Below are positions 21,836 to 31,518 of a stretch of DNA of 62,891 nt, in pieces (position 1 is the stretch's first letter; each line of letters begins with the position of its first letter). The stretch is from Thermoplasmatota archaeon (GTDB lineage: Archaea; Thermoplasmatota; E2; DHVEG-1). The stretch covers positions 1 to 62,891 of the forward strand of contig JAUWBM010000003.1 of assembly GCA_030601705.1 (NCBI GenBank). Reading direction: 5' to 3'. The translations under genes were made by a program, and so were the position numbers. Below the pieces are notes generated by a model. It did no database searches. It had not been told where the DNA came from and was given only the letters and a program-made list of their open reading frames with translations.

Positions 21836-21928
21836 TCAGAACTTGTAATGTATAAAAGTAAAAAGATGTTGCGGAAAAAATTAATGATAGGCAATTTTTT
21901 ATTATTGAACTATATTCAAACCCAACAT

Positions 21929-22001
21929 GCCGCCGTAGCTTAGCTGGTGGAGCGGCTGATTCGTAATCAGCAGGTCAGGGGTTCAAATCCCTTCGGCGGC
22001 T
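21929..22001 (+). tRNA. tRNA-Thr (anticodon CGT), integration target
   Basis: GCCGCCG...GCTGA-TT-CGT-AA-TCAGC...GGTTCAAATCC...CGGCGGC-T cloverleaf. Confidence 0.95.
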
Positions 22002-22002
22002 T
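21986..22002 (+). repeat. attL core (tRNA-Thr 3' end)
   Basis: AATCCCTTCGGCGGCTT, identical at 61316-61332. Confidence 0.92.
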
Positions 22003-22282
22003 CAGTTACTATTATACAAATCCCTAAATATAAAATAAGATAAGAAAATCGTAACTTATATAAACAAGCTCTTATTTACGTGGTTTATGAGGTCCGGTGA
22101 GGATACGTGGATGTGAATGTTCCTCCAAATATTAGCCGATATATTAGTTAAAAATGGGGTCATATCGGTTCACGGTTGAATCAATACGTGTTTTAACTGG
22201 ATATCTACGGAAAAGATGGTAAATTTGTCCTCAAAAATGGAGAAAGTACCTTTAAATACTTCTAAATTGATTAGTTGGTAAG

Positions 22283-23194
22283 ATGAAGAGTGATAATATG
22301 AATATCAGGTCACTGTTGGAAAACCCGTATCTTAAACTAATGCGTCTTCCCAATTCATTTGCGACTGTATTTGCTGTTATCGTAGGTGCATTGGTGGCAG
22401 GTGTCAATATTTTTGTTTTGCCTGTTTTCTTTGTTTGTATTATAGCTTTTCTCATAGTTGCCGGCGGGTTTGTCATCAATGATTACTATGATATAAAGAT
22501 TGATATAGCTAATAAACGTGATCGCCCCATCCCATTAGGTCAAATACAGCCAGATACTGTAAAAACTTTCGGCTATTCCTTATTAACTGCAGGTATTCTT
22601 CTGGCTATATTTACACTACCGCCTTTTGCAGTTTTAGTTGCAGGAACAAGTGCATTCCTTTTAGATTTATATTCACGCGTACTTAAACCGAAGTATACAT
22701 TGATAGGTAATTTTGTAACTAGCTATTCTACAGCAATCACATATGTATTTGGTTGGTCATGTTTGCTCAGTGTTATCTCAGAAAAAATAGTTTTAACTCT
22801 TTTTTGGATGTTTGTGATATCGCTATCTGCATGCCTTGGCAGAGAATTTATCAAATCAATTCAGGATAAAAAAGGCGATTCAAAATCCGGCGTAAATAAT
22901 ATTGCAGTAAGATATGGAGTGAGAAACGCAGCAATACTAGCAACCGTCACCGTATTAATTGCAACCATTTTCTCCCCAATGCCTTACATACTTGGGCTCT
23001 TCGGACTTTCATACTTAATACTAATTATTGTCGTCGATGTCAGCACTCTCCTTTTATGTATTTTGCTAATACGCAAAATTCGAGAAGTCGGAGAAGGGGA
23101 AATCCTCTATGATTATGCAAGAAGAATTAAAAAACGGTTCCTCGTCACAATGGCATTAGGTATATTTGCATTTTTCATGGGGATGATTGTTTAA
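22283..23194 (+). CDS. UbiA-family prenyltransferase (DGGGP synthase-like)
   Basis: NDYYDIKID.AN...RPIP and KSIQD..GD motifs in a multi-TM protein. Confidence 0.8.
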   Translation: MKSDNMNIRSLLENPYLKLMRLPNSFATVFAVIVGALVAGVNIFVLPVFFVCIIAFLIVAGGFVINDYYDIKIDIANKRDRPIPLGQIQPDTVKTFGYSLLTAGILLAIFTLPPFAVLVAGTSAFLLDLYSRVLKPKYTLIGNFVTSYSTAITYVFGWSCLLSVISEKIVLTLFWMFVISLSACLGREFIKSIQDKKGDSKSGVNNIAVRYGVRNAAILATVTVLIATIFSPMPYILGLFGLSYLILIIVVDVSTLLLCILLIRKIREVGEGEILYDYARRIKKRFLVTMALGIFAFFMGMIV

Positions 23195-23252
23195 TACATT
23201 AGTTTACAGTTTTTGGAGACGATTATTTAAGTTAAAAAACTGGAGGTAAAAA

Positions 23253-23546
23253 GTGGTTGCTCCAAATCAAGAGTTAGCTCAAAATATCGGTTATATAACA
23301 GCAATTGGTATGTTTATAATTGGACTTTTATATCTAAAAATATTAAGAAAGTTTCAACTTAAATTGCCAATTTTGATGGAACTAGCCTTTGGTTGTTGGA
23401 ATTGCGGTCTCGTAGTATATGTAGCAACTTATTATTCTATTTATAGGCAGCCAGAAATATTAGTCCTAATCGGTCCTTTGCTCCTTCTTGTATCTTTAAT
23501 AGCTGTTTTTTATTTATATTTTTATTTGTTATTTAAAAAAAAATAA
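23253..23546 (+). CDS. Hypothetical 3-TM protein
   Basis: GGAGG RBS and three hydrophobic helices. Confidence 0.6.
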   Translation: MVAPNQELAQNIGYITAIGMFIIGLLYLKILRKFQLKLPILMELAFGCWNCGLVVYVATYYSIYRQPEILVLIGPLLLLVSLIAVFYLYFYLLFKKK

Positions 23547-23910
23547 GTAATATTGTATCATCAGCCCAAAGCATAGGAAACAAGCATTTATTTTATCTTG
23601 AAAAATGATGTTATACAATTGTTAGGTAAAACCAAAGATAATCAATTGAAATGTATAACAAACAGTAAACTCATAGCCCAGGCTGTTATACACTTTTTCA
23701 ATAATGATATTCAGGAGAATACAGTGCTTGATGATGATGAGCTGTATAACAATTTGTGGCTTTGCCCTAAAAGTCGATATTTTATTGAAATCTATAGAGA
23801 ATTGTAAATATTGTAAATGGCGAGATGAAACACTAAATGTTTAATAAATAACAATTGGATTATAGTATAGTCAGTTAGTATTAAATTATTTCGATGGTTG
23901 TCTGCTTTTA

Positions 23911-24090
23911 CTATTGGTCTCCCTTTTTTTGCATCGAATCAAGTCGTATAACCTTTACTCTACAATTAAGCCAATCAATAGGTACGTATACACGTCCTGA
24001 ATTGCCACCAGGCTTAACAATTTTTTCTATGGCTTCATAACTCTAAACTTCAACTCTCATGGGTTTTTCGGCTGAAATTTGGTCACTCAT
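23911..24090 (-). pseudogene. DUF2080-like transposon-associated protein with an in-frame TAG
   Basis: MSDQISAEKPMRVEV*SYEAIEKIVKPGGNSGRVYVPIDWLNCRVKVIRL. The stop is at 24043-24045. Confidence 0.65.
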
Positions 24091-24127
24091 ATTAATCTAC
24101 ATTATAGTTACATAGAAATGATAGAAA

Positions 24128-24286
24128 ATGAATAAAACATGGAAAGACCAAAACACACCTGCACTTGCAATAGTCGCAAGAGGTGACCAAATTACTTCTA
24201 TTAACCCAAATTCATTTAGGGTTAAATCACAAAGCAATTTGGATAAAACGTATTTAGTTGAAAAACAGGGTTCTAAAGGTTTTTAA
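24128..24286 (+). pseudogene. Truncated N-terminus of a SWIM-finger-type transposase-like protein
   Basis: 52 aa containing FRVKSQSNLDKTYLV, ending before the expected CxC. Divergent from the DUF2080-like gene. Confidence 0.45.
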
Positions 24287-24331
24287 ACGTAGAGTTTGTT
24301 ACATAATCACTATTTGAGGGAGGCAAAGGAT

Positions 24332-25216
24332 ATGAAAAAACAATTAATACTACTCGGAATAATTGTTCTACTCTTGACTGTTGGGTTGAGTGGATGCACC
24401 GAAGTTCCTGTTAGTGGAAAATCACCTGCTAATATTAATCAATTTATGTCTGTTCAGGAGGGAGAATTAATTAGGTTTTACTTTTTACTTGAGGATAAGG
24501 ATGGAATTAACACAGTAAGTGATGGTAATGTTCGGATTGAGATATTTGATAATATAAATTCATCGCTTTATTATCAAGAGTTTAATGTTAAGGCATCAGA
24601 ATTCGTTGATTATGCTTTCAAAATTTCTGGAACTGGCATAGGAAAGGCATACGAGTGGAGAGTTCCAATAGAGGATATTGAAAAGGGAATTTCAATATTG
24701 GGTTTTGGTAAGGCAGTTCTTACATTTACTACTCCTGATGATAAAACTCTAAATGCCGAGGATACGCTTGTTCCGATACACAGTTACACGGAAGAAGAAC
24801 TTGAAAATATGTATGAAGCAGAATATGAGAATTCTTCAACTGCTGTAAATAAAAAAATAACCAAAGGCAACTTTGAAATAACAGTAAGTAAAGTTGGATA
24901 TTTTAATAATCGGTTATTTGGAGTAACAAATCAATATTTTAGAGTAGATATGGAAGTAAAGAATGTTGGAAGTGAAAGTGAATATTTCTTACCATCTGGA
25001 ATTGCAATTATAGATAGTCAAAGCATCCAATATGAATATACATATGGTGGAACTTTAGATATTCTATCAACAGTTTATCCAGATGTAACCAAAACAGGAT
25101 ACTTATTATTTGAAGGTGTCCCAAACACAGAAACATCATTAAGACTTCTATTTGAATTGGGTTATGACGAAAACTTCAATCCATACTTATTTGAATATGA
25201 TATAAATTTATTGTAG
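24332..25216 (+). CDS. Lipoprotein with DUF4352-like C-terminal domain
   Basis: VGLSGC lipobox, then V.VKNVG and KTGYLLFE. Confidence 0.7.
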   Translation: MKKQLILLGIIVLLLTVGLSGCTEVPVSGKSPANINQFMSVQEGELIRFYFLLEDKDGINTVSDGNVRIEIFDNINSSLYYQEFNVKASEFVDYAFKISGTGIGKAYEWRVPIEDIEKGISILGFGKAVLTFTTPDDKTLNAEDTLVPIHSYTEEELENMYEAEYENSSTAVNKKITKGNFEITVSKVGYFNNRLFGVTNQYFRVDMEVKNVGSESEYFLPSGIAIIDSQSIQYEYTYGGTLDILSTVYPDVTKTGYLLFEGVPNTETSLRLLFELGYDENFNPYLFEYDINLL

Positions 25217-25364
25217 ATTTGTAGGAGGCAAAGGTTGATTCACATTAAATGCATGACATGTGGTTGGCGTTTACCTTTTTCCAGCAAGAAAAATGAAGAT
25301 AATGTTAAGAACCGAGGAATCGGCAATATAGTATGTCCTAATTGTGGTAAAACATTGATTCAAA
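25210..25364 (+). repeat. ~155-bp direct repeat, copy 1
   Basis: Aligns with 27715-27868 (start module plus Zn-ribbon ORF). Confidence 0.9.
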
Positions 25365-25411
25365 GTAGTCCTTTAAACAAGTTCAAACTCAGTGAAATTC
25401 TTGAACTGTAA
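25235..25411 (+). CDS. Small Zn-ribbon protein (58 aa), not in the ORF track
   Basis: TTG start after GGAGG. MIHIKCMTCGWRLPF...CPNCGK. Paralog at 27739. Confidence 0.7.
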   Translation: MIHIKCMTCGWRLPFSSKKNEDNVKNRGIGNIVCPNCGKTLIQSSPLNKFKLSEILEL

Positions 25412-26695
25412 CAGTAAATTTGAAGCCACCAGTTCCATCAATCCCCTGTCCAAGTCATAATCACTGATATCACTTGTGGGAATCCCACGTCTGAGTTCAG
25501 CCAGTGGAAGTCTCTCCAATCTTGTCTCCCTTGATATGCGTTTGATATGCTTCAGAATCTTATTCGCATCAGTGGTCAGGTTGAATCTGGTGGGCATCTG
25601 GGTTAGTGGGTGATGTGATGTTCTCCCAGTCTCCTTGGCATCTTCAATGAAATCAAAGTACTCAGAGAAAATCCCTTCCACATCATGTTTCATGTGGGTG
25701 AAATCATCTTCAGTGATAGTCTGTTTGAAATGTAATCGTGCCCATGAATTTGCTAGTCTCAACAATCCTGTATTATCAAGTGGTAACTGCATATCTGACT
25801 TGCGTAACAGGGTCTCTCCAGTCCGCTGAACTATCTTAGCAAGTCTGACTTGTGTTGATTGTTCAATGTGTGGATGTATCAACATCGCACTCATTTCATA
25901 ATCAAACACATCTCTGTCAAGCCCCCATTGTCTCTTGGTATACTGAACATCTGGGATGATAACTGGAATCTGAGTGGGCATCATCAACCTTTCAACTTCA
26001 GGGCTGAGACTGAACAGGTAGTTGAATGACAACTCTTCAGAAATCATCCTTGTATATACCCTGTTAGCCGACTTGGCATCATCAGGTGTTCTGATGGGTT
26101 TGTACATATACGCCTTGTTTTGTTTGAGAAAATCACTAGGTAACAACCATCTCAGTGATGTATTCAAATGTACCAAATCACGTGTTGACCCCAGTGGAGC
26201 AAATGACTGTGCACCAATCCCACCAATCCCATAACTGGACTTGGGACATGACAACACATTGATAGCGATTTCTGTACTGAACAAGGGTGATTCTTCCCCA
26301 TGCCAGTTATCAGTGAGTCTGTGGAGAAATCCATCCAATTCAAGGTGGGGTTTTGGGAGTTCTTCAGGTTTCAATGGCTCATACCCATCAACAATGCAGA
26401 ATTCACCAGTGTAAGAACCATACGTTTTCCTTCTTGGTATTTTGATATTTCTTTCAATCTTTTCTACAAGTACTCGAATCAACCCTTCCTCGATAGGGAT
26501 ATGAACTTCATCGGGAATAAGATATGTATAAGGAGACATCGGATGATTACTAAATGGGTTTTTCTTTAATCGAAAAGACCTGCTGTCAATCCATTCAATC
26601 CAGCCTACATGGACATTTTCAGGTTTTAGTAAGTAAATTTCGAAGTTAGTCCATGGTCCCTTTTCTCTCTTATCTAAACGCAAGGTTCGTGGCAT
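25373..26695 (-). CDS. Degenerate MCM-like protein (lid and wHTH-like C-terminus, no Walker A seen)
   Basis: LLRLANSWARLHFKQTITEDD resembles the MCM lid motif. GGAGG RBS before 26695. Confidence 0.5.
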   Translation of the reverse strand: MPRTLRLDKREKGPWTNFEIYLLKPENVHVGWIEWIDSRSFRLKKNPFSNHPMSPYTYLIPDEVHIPIEEGLIRVLVEKIERNIKIPRRKTYGSYTGEFCIVDGYEPLKPEELPKPHLELDGFLHRLTDNWHGEESPLFSTEIAINVLSCPKSSYGIGGIGAQSFAPLGSTRDLVHLNTSLRWLLPSDFLKQNKAYMYKPIRTPDDAKSANRVYTRMISEELSFNYLFSLSPEVERLMMPTQIPVIIPDVQYTKRQWGLDRDVFDYEMSAMLIHPHIEQSTQVRLAKIVQRTGETLLRKSDMQLPLDNTGLLRLANSWARLHFKQTITEDDFTHMKHDVEGIFSEYFDFIEDAKETGRTSHHPLTQMPTRFNLTTDANKILKHIKRISRETRLERLPLAELRRGIPTSDISDYDLDRGLMELVASNLLLQFKNFTEFELV

Positions 26696-26934
26696 AGAAA
26701 CCAAACCTCCCATCCTATGTCTAAAAGTTAAATGAATATAAATGGCTTAAAGGTTTGTATCTCATCACCAGAATCTATCAATTTTCGAAAAAAGTTAGGA
26801 GTCTTGGAGGGATATGATAAGAGAAAGGATACGAATATGAATGACTATCTCTTGATTGTTTGAATTCATTTTTATCCTTCAAAACCAAAACAAAGAATTA
26901 TGGTAAACACGATTAGGGGTAACGTGGAACGCTT

Positions 26935-27696
26935 TTGCTAAAAAACATTCATAATCCTACGGCATCTGATGCGTTAAGTTTTATTGAAAAATATCACAAG
27001 TCCAAGCCTGATAAAACCATGCTTCTTTTGATGGGTGACTGTATGGTTGATTACCATGGGCGTGCACGGTCGTTGCTTGACTGGGGAGAACGTGTTATTA
27101 TGTTTAAGCAGGATGGCACGGTGTTGGTTCATCAGCCTGTTATGCGTGAGCCTGTGAACTGGCAACCCTCTGGGACAACAATAGAGTGTAGTGTTAAAGA
27201 TAATCAGCTGATTGTGAGGTCTCGTCATACTCGTCCTCCTGAGAAGATGAAGATTGTCTTCCGTAATCTAAATACAATGATGGTGATATCGCTTCGTGAT
27301 AGTGCTGAGTTGGTGATTGCGGGTATGGAAACTGATGTTATTAACCAAATAATCATCGACCCAAGCATTATTGAAAAAGGGTTGCGTATTAGTAAACGGG
27401 AGAAACATGTGAAATCAGGGCTTATCGACCTTTTTGGATATGATAACGAACATGTCCCTGTCGTTATTGAAGTTAAACGGAGTGTGGCAAATATTAGTGC
27501 TGTGCAGCAACTGCGGATGTATGTGAATGATATCAAGAAGGATGTGAAGAAGGCGAATGTCCGTGGGATTCTCTGTGCTCCTCGTGTTCCTGATATGGTA
27601 AAGAAGCTTTTGCTGGATTATGGTTTGGAATGGCAGGAGGTTGAACGGCAGGTTGTACTGCCTGATGACTGGCAGAAAACGCTAAAAGATTTTTAA
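26935..27696 (+). CDS. nucS: Endonuclease NucS/EndoMS
   Basis: Y.GRARS, KQDGTVLVH, PVNWQP, IDL and VIEVKR motifs, with QL.MY. Confidence 0.88.
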   Translation: MLKNIHNPTASDALSFIEKYHKSKPDKTMLLLMGDCMVDYHGRARSLLDWGERVIMFKQDGTVLVHQPVMREPVNWQPSGTTIECSVKDNQLIVRSRHTRPPEKMKIVFRNLNTMMVISLRDSAELVIAGMETDVINQIIIDPSIIEKGLRISKREKHVKSGLIDLFGYDNEHVPVVIEVKRSVANISAVQQLRMYVNDIKKDVKKANVRGILCAPRVPDMVKKLLLDYGLEWQEVERQVVLPDDWQKTLKDF

Positions 27697-27714
27697 AGAA
27701 ATAAATGTTGTAAA

Positions 27715-27868
27715 ATTGTAAATTGGAGGAGGCAAAGGTTGATTCACATTAAATGCAAGACATGCGGTTGGCGTTTACCTTTTTCCAGTAAAGAAAATGA
27801 AGATGATGTTAAGAGACGAGGAGACGGCAAATTAATATGTCCTAGTTGTGGTAAAACATTGATTCAAA
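27715..27868 (+). repeat. ~155-bp direct repeat, copy 2
   Basis: Aligns with 25210-25364. Confidence 0.9.
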
Positions 27869-27897
27869 TGGGCGGAAGGGTGAATGAATACGAATGA
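27739..27897 (+). CDS. Small Zn-ribbon protein (52 aa), paralog of 25235
   Basis: MIHIKCKTCGWRLPF...CPSCGK. Confidence 0.7.
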   Translation: MIHIKCKTCGWRLPFSSKENEDDVKRRGDGKLICPSCGKTLIQMGGRVNEYE

Positions 27898-28207
27898 CCA
27901 TCTTTTGATAATTGGAATTGTTGTTATACTATTGGCTGTTGGGTTGAGTGGATGTAATGAATTATTCGGTGAAGGTGGAACAATATATGCCGAGAAAATG
28001 AATGAAAAACCCGAAAAATTCATAAATATAAGTGAACAACAAATGGAGCAGTTTCCCCATCTAAAACTAGCAATTAATCAAACGGATTCACACATAGAAC
28101 CTCCAACAGATGAATGGAATGAATTAAGAGATTTCCTTGGAGAGACCTATGCTTATATACATTATCAAAGTGAGTATTATTATGTTCGTCTGTTTGGGAT
28201 AGTATAA
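27884..28207 (+). CDS. Lipoprotein
   Basis: VGLSGC lipobox. Confidence 0.7.
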   Translation: MNTNDHLLIIGIVVILLAVGLSGCNELFGEGGTIYAEKMNEKPEKFINISEQQMEQFPHLKLAINQTDSHIEPPTDEWNELRDFLGETYAYIHYQSEYYYVRLFGIV

Positions 28208-28250
28208 ATCATTACGTGTAATTTTTTATCACGATTCGTTGGTTAAGTAG

Positions 28251-28300
28251 GTTTTTAAATAAGGAGAAGTTATTAAATTGTAGATTTGGAGGAGGAAAAA
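28251..28300 (+). promoter_or_regulatory. Full copy of the repeated start-associated module (TATA-like box, spacer, AAATTGTAGATTT, GGAGGAGG)
   Basis: GTTTTTAAATAAGGAGAAGTTATTAAATTGTAGATTTGGAGGAGG. Related copies are listed in the findings. Confidence 0.7.
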
Positions 28301-28301
28301 T

Positions 28302-29333
28302 ATGAAACCTGGACAAGCAAGAGGCTATTATTTTGAAAAACTTGTGAGAAAATTAATGCAGAAGACTAATTATATTCAAGTACAAACTGGAAAAGTCCTG
28401 GGAAGAGGAGCAAACCATAAAATAGACTCATATGGAATTTTTGCATTTACAATCCCATTTGTTTATCCAATTAGATTGATTGTGGAAGCTAAGTGGTATC
28501 AAAAAAAGAAAATAGGATTACCTAAAATAAGAGATTTTGTTGGTGTAATAAAAGATATTAGTGAGAATTATTTTGTTCCAGTAAACATTAGAGGTAAGAA
28601 AGCTGAAGGATTTTTATTGGACCGATTTACTGATTGTGGTGCATATTTTTCCGTTGGTCCTTATACTAGAGATGCCCAAGATTATGCATGGGCACAAGGA
28701 ATTTATTTAGTCACATTCAGTAATAATTCATTGATATTTCCAATAATAAAAAGGGTTAATGAACTAATTGAACAAGATATTTTTGATGATAATAAAAAAC
28801 AAAATATATCTATAAGTGACATAGGTAGAATATCAGATAGACATTTTGACAATGATGTAGAATTAAGAAATGCCATGAATAATATTTTTGCATACGTTGG
28901 AATATTGGATGGCATCTATCCAATAATAATTATTTCTGATGGAGATTTTCATTTTAACCCGATTAATCCGGATGATTTGAATATTGAAGAAGGGAATATA
29001 AGACGAGGTGCAGTTAAAGAATATCGTAAAGAAGACAAAGAAGGAGTTAATTTCAGATTTCATTATCGAAATATTAATTTTGAATTCGGTCTGCCAATTA
29101 ATACAGGAAATAATATTATTAAAGCAATACAAAGAACTTATAGTGGAGAAGCTTTTGCATATATTGATATACCAATTCAATTAAAGAGGGAAAACGAGAG
29201 TTATAGGAGAATTTTCAAATTGAATCTATCTCTTCCACGAAAAGAAAATATTTTAGATGAGATAAAAAATAGAGCAACTGAGATAAACTTTTTAAGTAAA
29301 GAAGAAAAGTACTCTCTTAACTTATCCTGTTGA
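28302..29333 (+). CDS. Mrr-like PD-(D/E)xK restriction endonuclease domain protein
   Basis: G..FE, ID, VEAKW, IRDFVG and YTRDAQDYA motifs. Confidence 0.75.
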   Translation: MKPGQARGYYFEKLVRKLMQKTNYIQVQTGKVLGRGANHKIDSYGIFAFTIPFVYPIRLIVEAKWYQKKKIGLPKIRDFVGVIKDISENYFVPVNIRGKKAEGFLLDRFTDCGAYFSVGPYTRDAQDYAWAQGIYLVTFSNNSLIFPIIKRVNELIEQDIFDDNKKQNISISDIGRISDRHFDNDVELRNAMNNIFAYVGILDGIYPIIIISDGDFHFNPINPDDLNIEEGNIRRGAVKEYRKEDKEGVNFRFHYRNINFEFGLPINTGNNIIKAIQRTYSGEAFAYIDIPIQLKRENESYRRIFKLNLSLPRKENILDEIKNRATEINFLSKEEKYSLNLSC

Positions 29334-29392
29334 AAGAGTATTTGTCTGGTAAAAAACAAATTAGAAACCTTTCAAATCATCACAGAATTAAT

Positions 29393-29842
29393 TTATCCTC
29401 TTCGGATTAACAAAAAGAAAATAACACATACAACAATCCAAACTATGAACAAAGTTATACAACAGTTGGCACTTAATCCTAAAAAGAAATCGTCATCACT
29501 ATCTTCACTACTATCATTTATTTGTTCAGCAGGTATTTCTGTATCTGATACACGCCATTTTCCATTTTCTTTCTTTACATAACAACTTTCAGAAAATGAA
29601 CGAACATATTCCCAATCTCGGTATAGTTCTCCGCTAATGGTTACTCTCCATGCATCTTTACCATATTCATAAACAGATGTCTCTTGCTCCACTATCGCAA
29701 AGTGATACCAAAGTGAATCAATTTTCTCATTCAGGTACTCTTCGCCCTTGCTTTTAGCTGTTGCTTCATCACCTATGCAACCACTTAACACCGTTACAAG
29801 AAAGATTGATAATAATCCTACGAGTATAACTTGCTTTTTCAT
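29393..29842 (-). CDS. Lipoprotein with C-terminal TM helix
   Basis: VLSGC lipobox and a hydrophobic C-terminus. Confidence 0.65.
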   Translation of the reverse strand: MKKQVILVGLLSIFLVTVLSGCIGDEATAKSKGEEYLNEKIDSLWYHFAIVEQETSVYEYGKDAWRVTISGELYRDWEYVRSFSESCYVKKENGKWRVSDTEIPAEQINDSSEDSDDDFFLGLSANCCITLFIVWIVVCVIFFLLIRRG

Positions 29843-29995
29843 AACCTTGCCTCCCATAACCTAGGCTTCATAAAACATCTCCTTATTTAAAAAACTATCA
29901 ATTGATATCAGTAAAGATTATGATGTTACAGAAGCAGGAGAGATAAGAGCTGATTTACCTCTCCTCCCACATACATGTAACATCAGATGGTGCCT

Positions 29996-30076
29996 CTATT
30001 TCAAGACACAGACTAGGATTATTAGAGTCCTTAGAATATCATTAAGAATCGCCAGTTCACGTGCACTAATCTCCAT
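29996..30076 (-). CDS. Putative 26-aa hydrophobic peptide
   Basis: MEISARELAILNDILRTLIILVCVLK, preceded by AAAGGAGA. Confidence 0.35.
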   Translation of the reverse strand: MEISARELAILNDILRTLIILVCVLK

Positions 30077-30241
30077 TTGATTCAATCTCCTTTCAATCGA
30101 TACAGAAGGACATACATGTATACAAGATGGAGTTGCCTCCAAATTATAAAGTATCTCCTGATATAAAAAATATTTGTCACATATAGGATTTATATAAGAT
30201 AAAGATATATCAAATCGTGTCTATTGGAAGAGGTAAAAAAT

Positions 30242-30589
30242 ATGACAAGATGTGCTATGTGTGGTAAGGAATTTGGTTCACATGGTGGAACTAGAATCTT
30301 AAAAACTGATAAAGCAGTTATACGCCAATATGGTGTTGATAGTTATATCTGCAATAAATGTCGTAGCATGCAATGTCAGGAATATTCAGAAAGAAAAAGG
30401 CAACTCCAACCTGAAATAAAATGTCCTTTCTGCGGACATATGTTTTCTCCCAAAACTAAAAGACCAACAAGTACAACTGGAAATATTGTAAGAGGAGCAG
30501 TATTTCTTCCATGGGGTGTTGTAAGTGCGTTGAAAAATAAACCATTTGTTCAATGTCCTCATTGTAAAATGAAGATACCACAAGGTTAG
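30242..30589 (+). CDS. Multi-CxxC Zn-ribbon protein
   Basis: CAMC, CNKC, CPFC and CPHC. Confidence 0.7.
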   Translation: MTRCAMCGKEFGSHGGTRILKTDKAVIRQYGVDSYICNKCRSMQCQEYSERKRQLQPEIKCPFCGHMFSPKTKRPTSTTGNIVRGAVFLPWGVVSALKNKPFVQCPHCKMKIPQG

Positions 30590-30596
30590 AGTATAT

Positions 30597-30627
30597 GTTA
30601 TGAAATTGTAGATTTGGAGGAGGAAAA
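30597..30627 (+). repeat. Start-associated module (consensus copy)
   Basis: GTTATGAAATTGTAGATTTGGAGGAGGAAAA directly before ATG. Confidence 0.8.
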
Positions 30628-31503
30628 ATGGAATATAAAAAGAGATTTTATGTAGTAATCATAGTGCTTATTGTTATTACTATATCATTTGGTAGTACAA
30701 CAGCTTACTTCTACAATGACAATATTAGATATAAAGGTAATTTAGAGGATTTAGAAGAGGACTATAGCACACTAATGAACAATTATGACAATTTAGATAA
30801 TCGCTATGATGAATTGAATGATGATTATTATAATCAAATAGATGGCTATAATGACTTATTGGATGATTATGAAGAAATTTATGAAGAATATACTAACCTA
30901 TATGCTCCATCGACTCTTATAAAAAATGGGACAGTTCATTGGAGATTTGAAAAGGTTGATGGAACAATCCCAGAATGGAATGTTGATATCGACACATATC
31001 TTTATTATGCTATGAAATCCGAACCCTTTGGATATAAGCATTTGCACAATACCAATACAGGGGAAGATTATACAGTAAAAGACCTTACCAAATATGTAGA
31101 TTCTAGTTTTTTCAAAAATGTAATTTCTACATTATCTAACGGAAAAACTGACAGGGAGTTTGTTAAAGAAGTTGTCCATCTTAAGAATCAGTTAATAACA
31201 TATGGCTCTGGACTTGGCGATAGTTATCTATATCCTGCTGAAACTCTTACAGAAGGCAGAGGTAAATGCGGAGATACATCAATTTTAATGGCAAGTCTTC
31301 TTTTGGCAGGTGAAGAGAAAGAAAACTATGGATTAGATGTATATTTTTGGTATTGTGATTCAAAACATATGACTAATCCACAAGAGGTAAATCATTGTAT
31401 AGTAGAAGTCGAGTATAATGATGGATATTTTGAACTAATTGAACCAACATCAGATACATTTTACACTTATGGAGAGATTGAAGGTTGGAAATTTGAGGTA
31501 TAG
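30628..31503 (+). CDS. Membrane-anchored coiled-coil and transglutaminase-like protein
   Basis: N-terminal TM, heptad repeats, G.CGDTSILMASLL, then H and E. Confidence 0.7.
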   Translation: MEYKKRFYVVIIVLIVITISFGSTTAYFYNDNIRYKGNLEDLEEDYSTLMNNYDNLDNRYDELNDDYYNQIDGYNDLLDDYEEIYEEYTNLYAPSTLIKNGTVHWRFEKVDGTIPEWNVDIDTYLYYAMKSEPFGYKHLHNTNTGEDYTVKDLTKYVDSSFFKNVISTLSNGKTDREFVKEVVHLKNQLITYGSGLGDSYLYPAETLTEGRGKCGDTSILMASLLLAGEEKENYGLDVYFWYCDSKHMTNPQEVNHCIVEVEYNDGYFELIEPTSDTFYTYGEIEGWKFEV

Positions 31504-31518
31504 AAGGGAGGAGATAAA

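Noticed and set aside
23598-23807. 69-aa ORF
   Set aside because: TTG start without an RBS, no motif, and it overlaps repeat D. Probably spurious or decayed.
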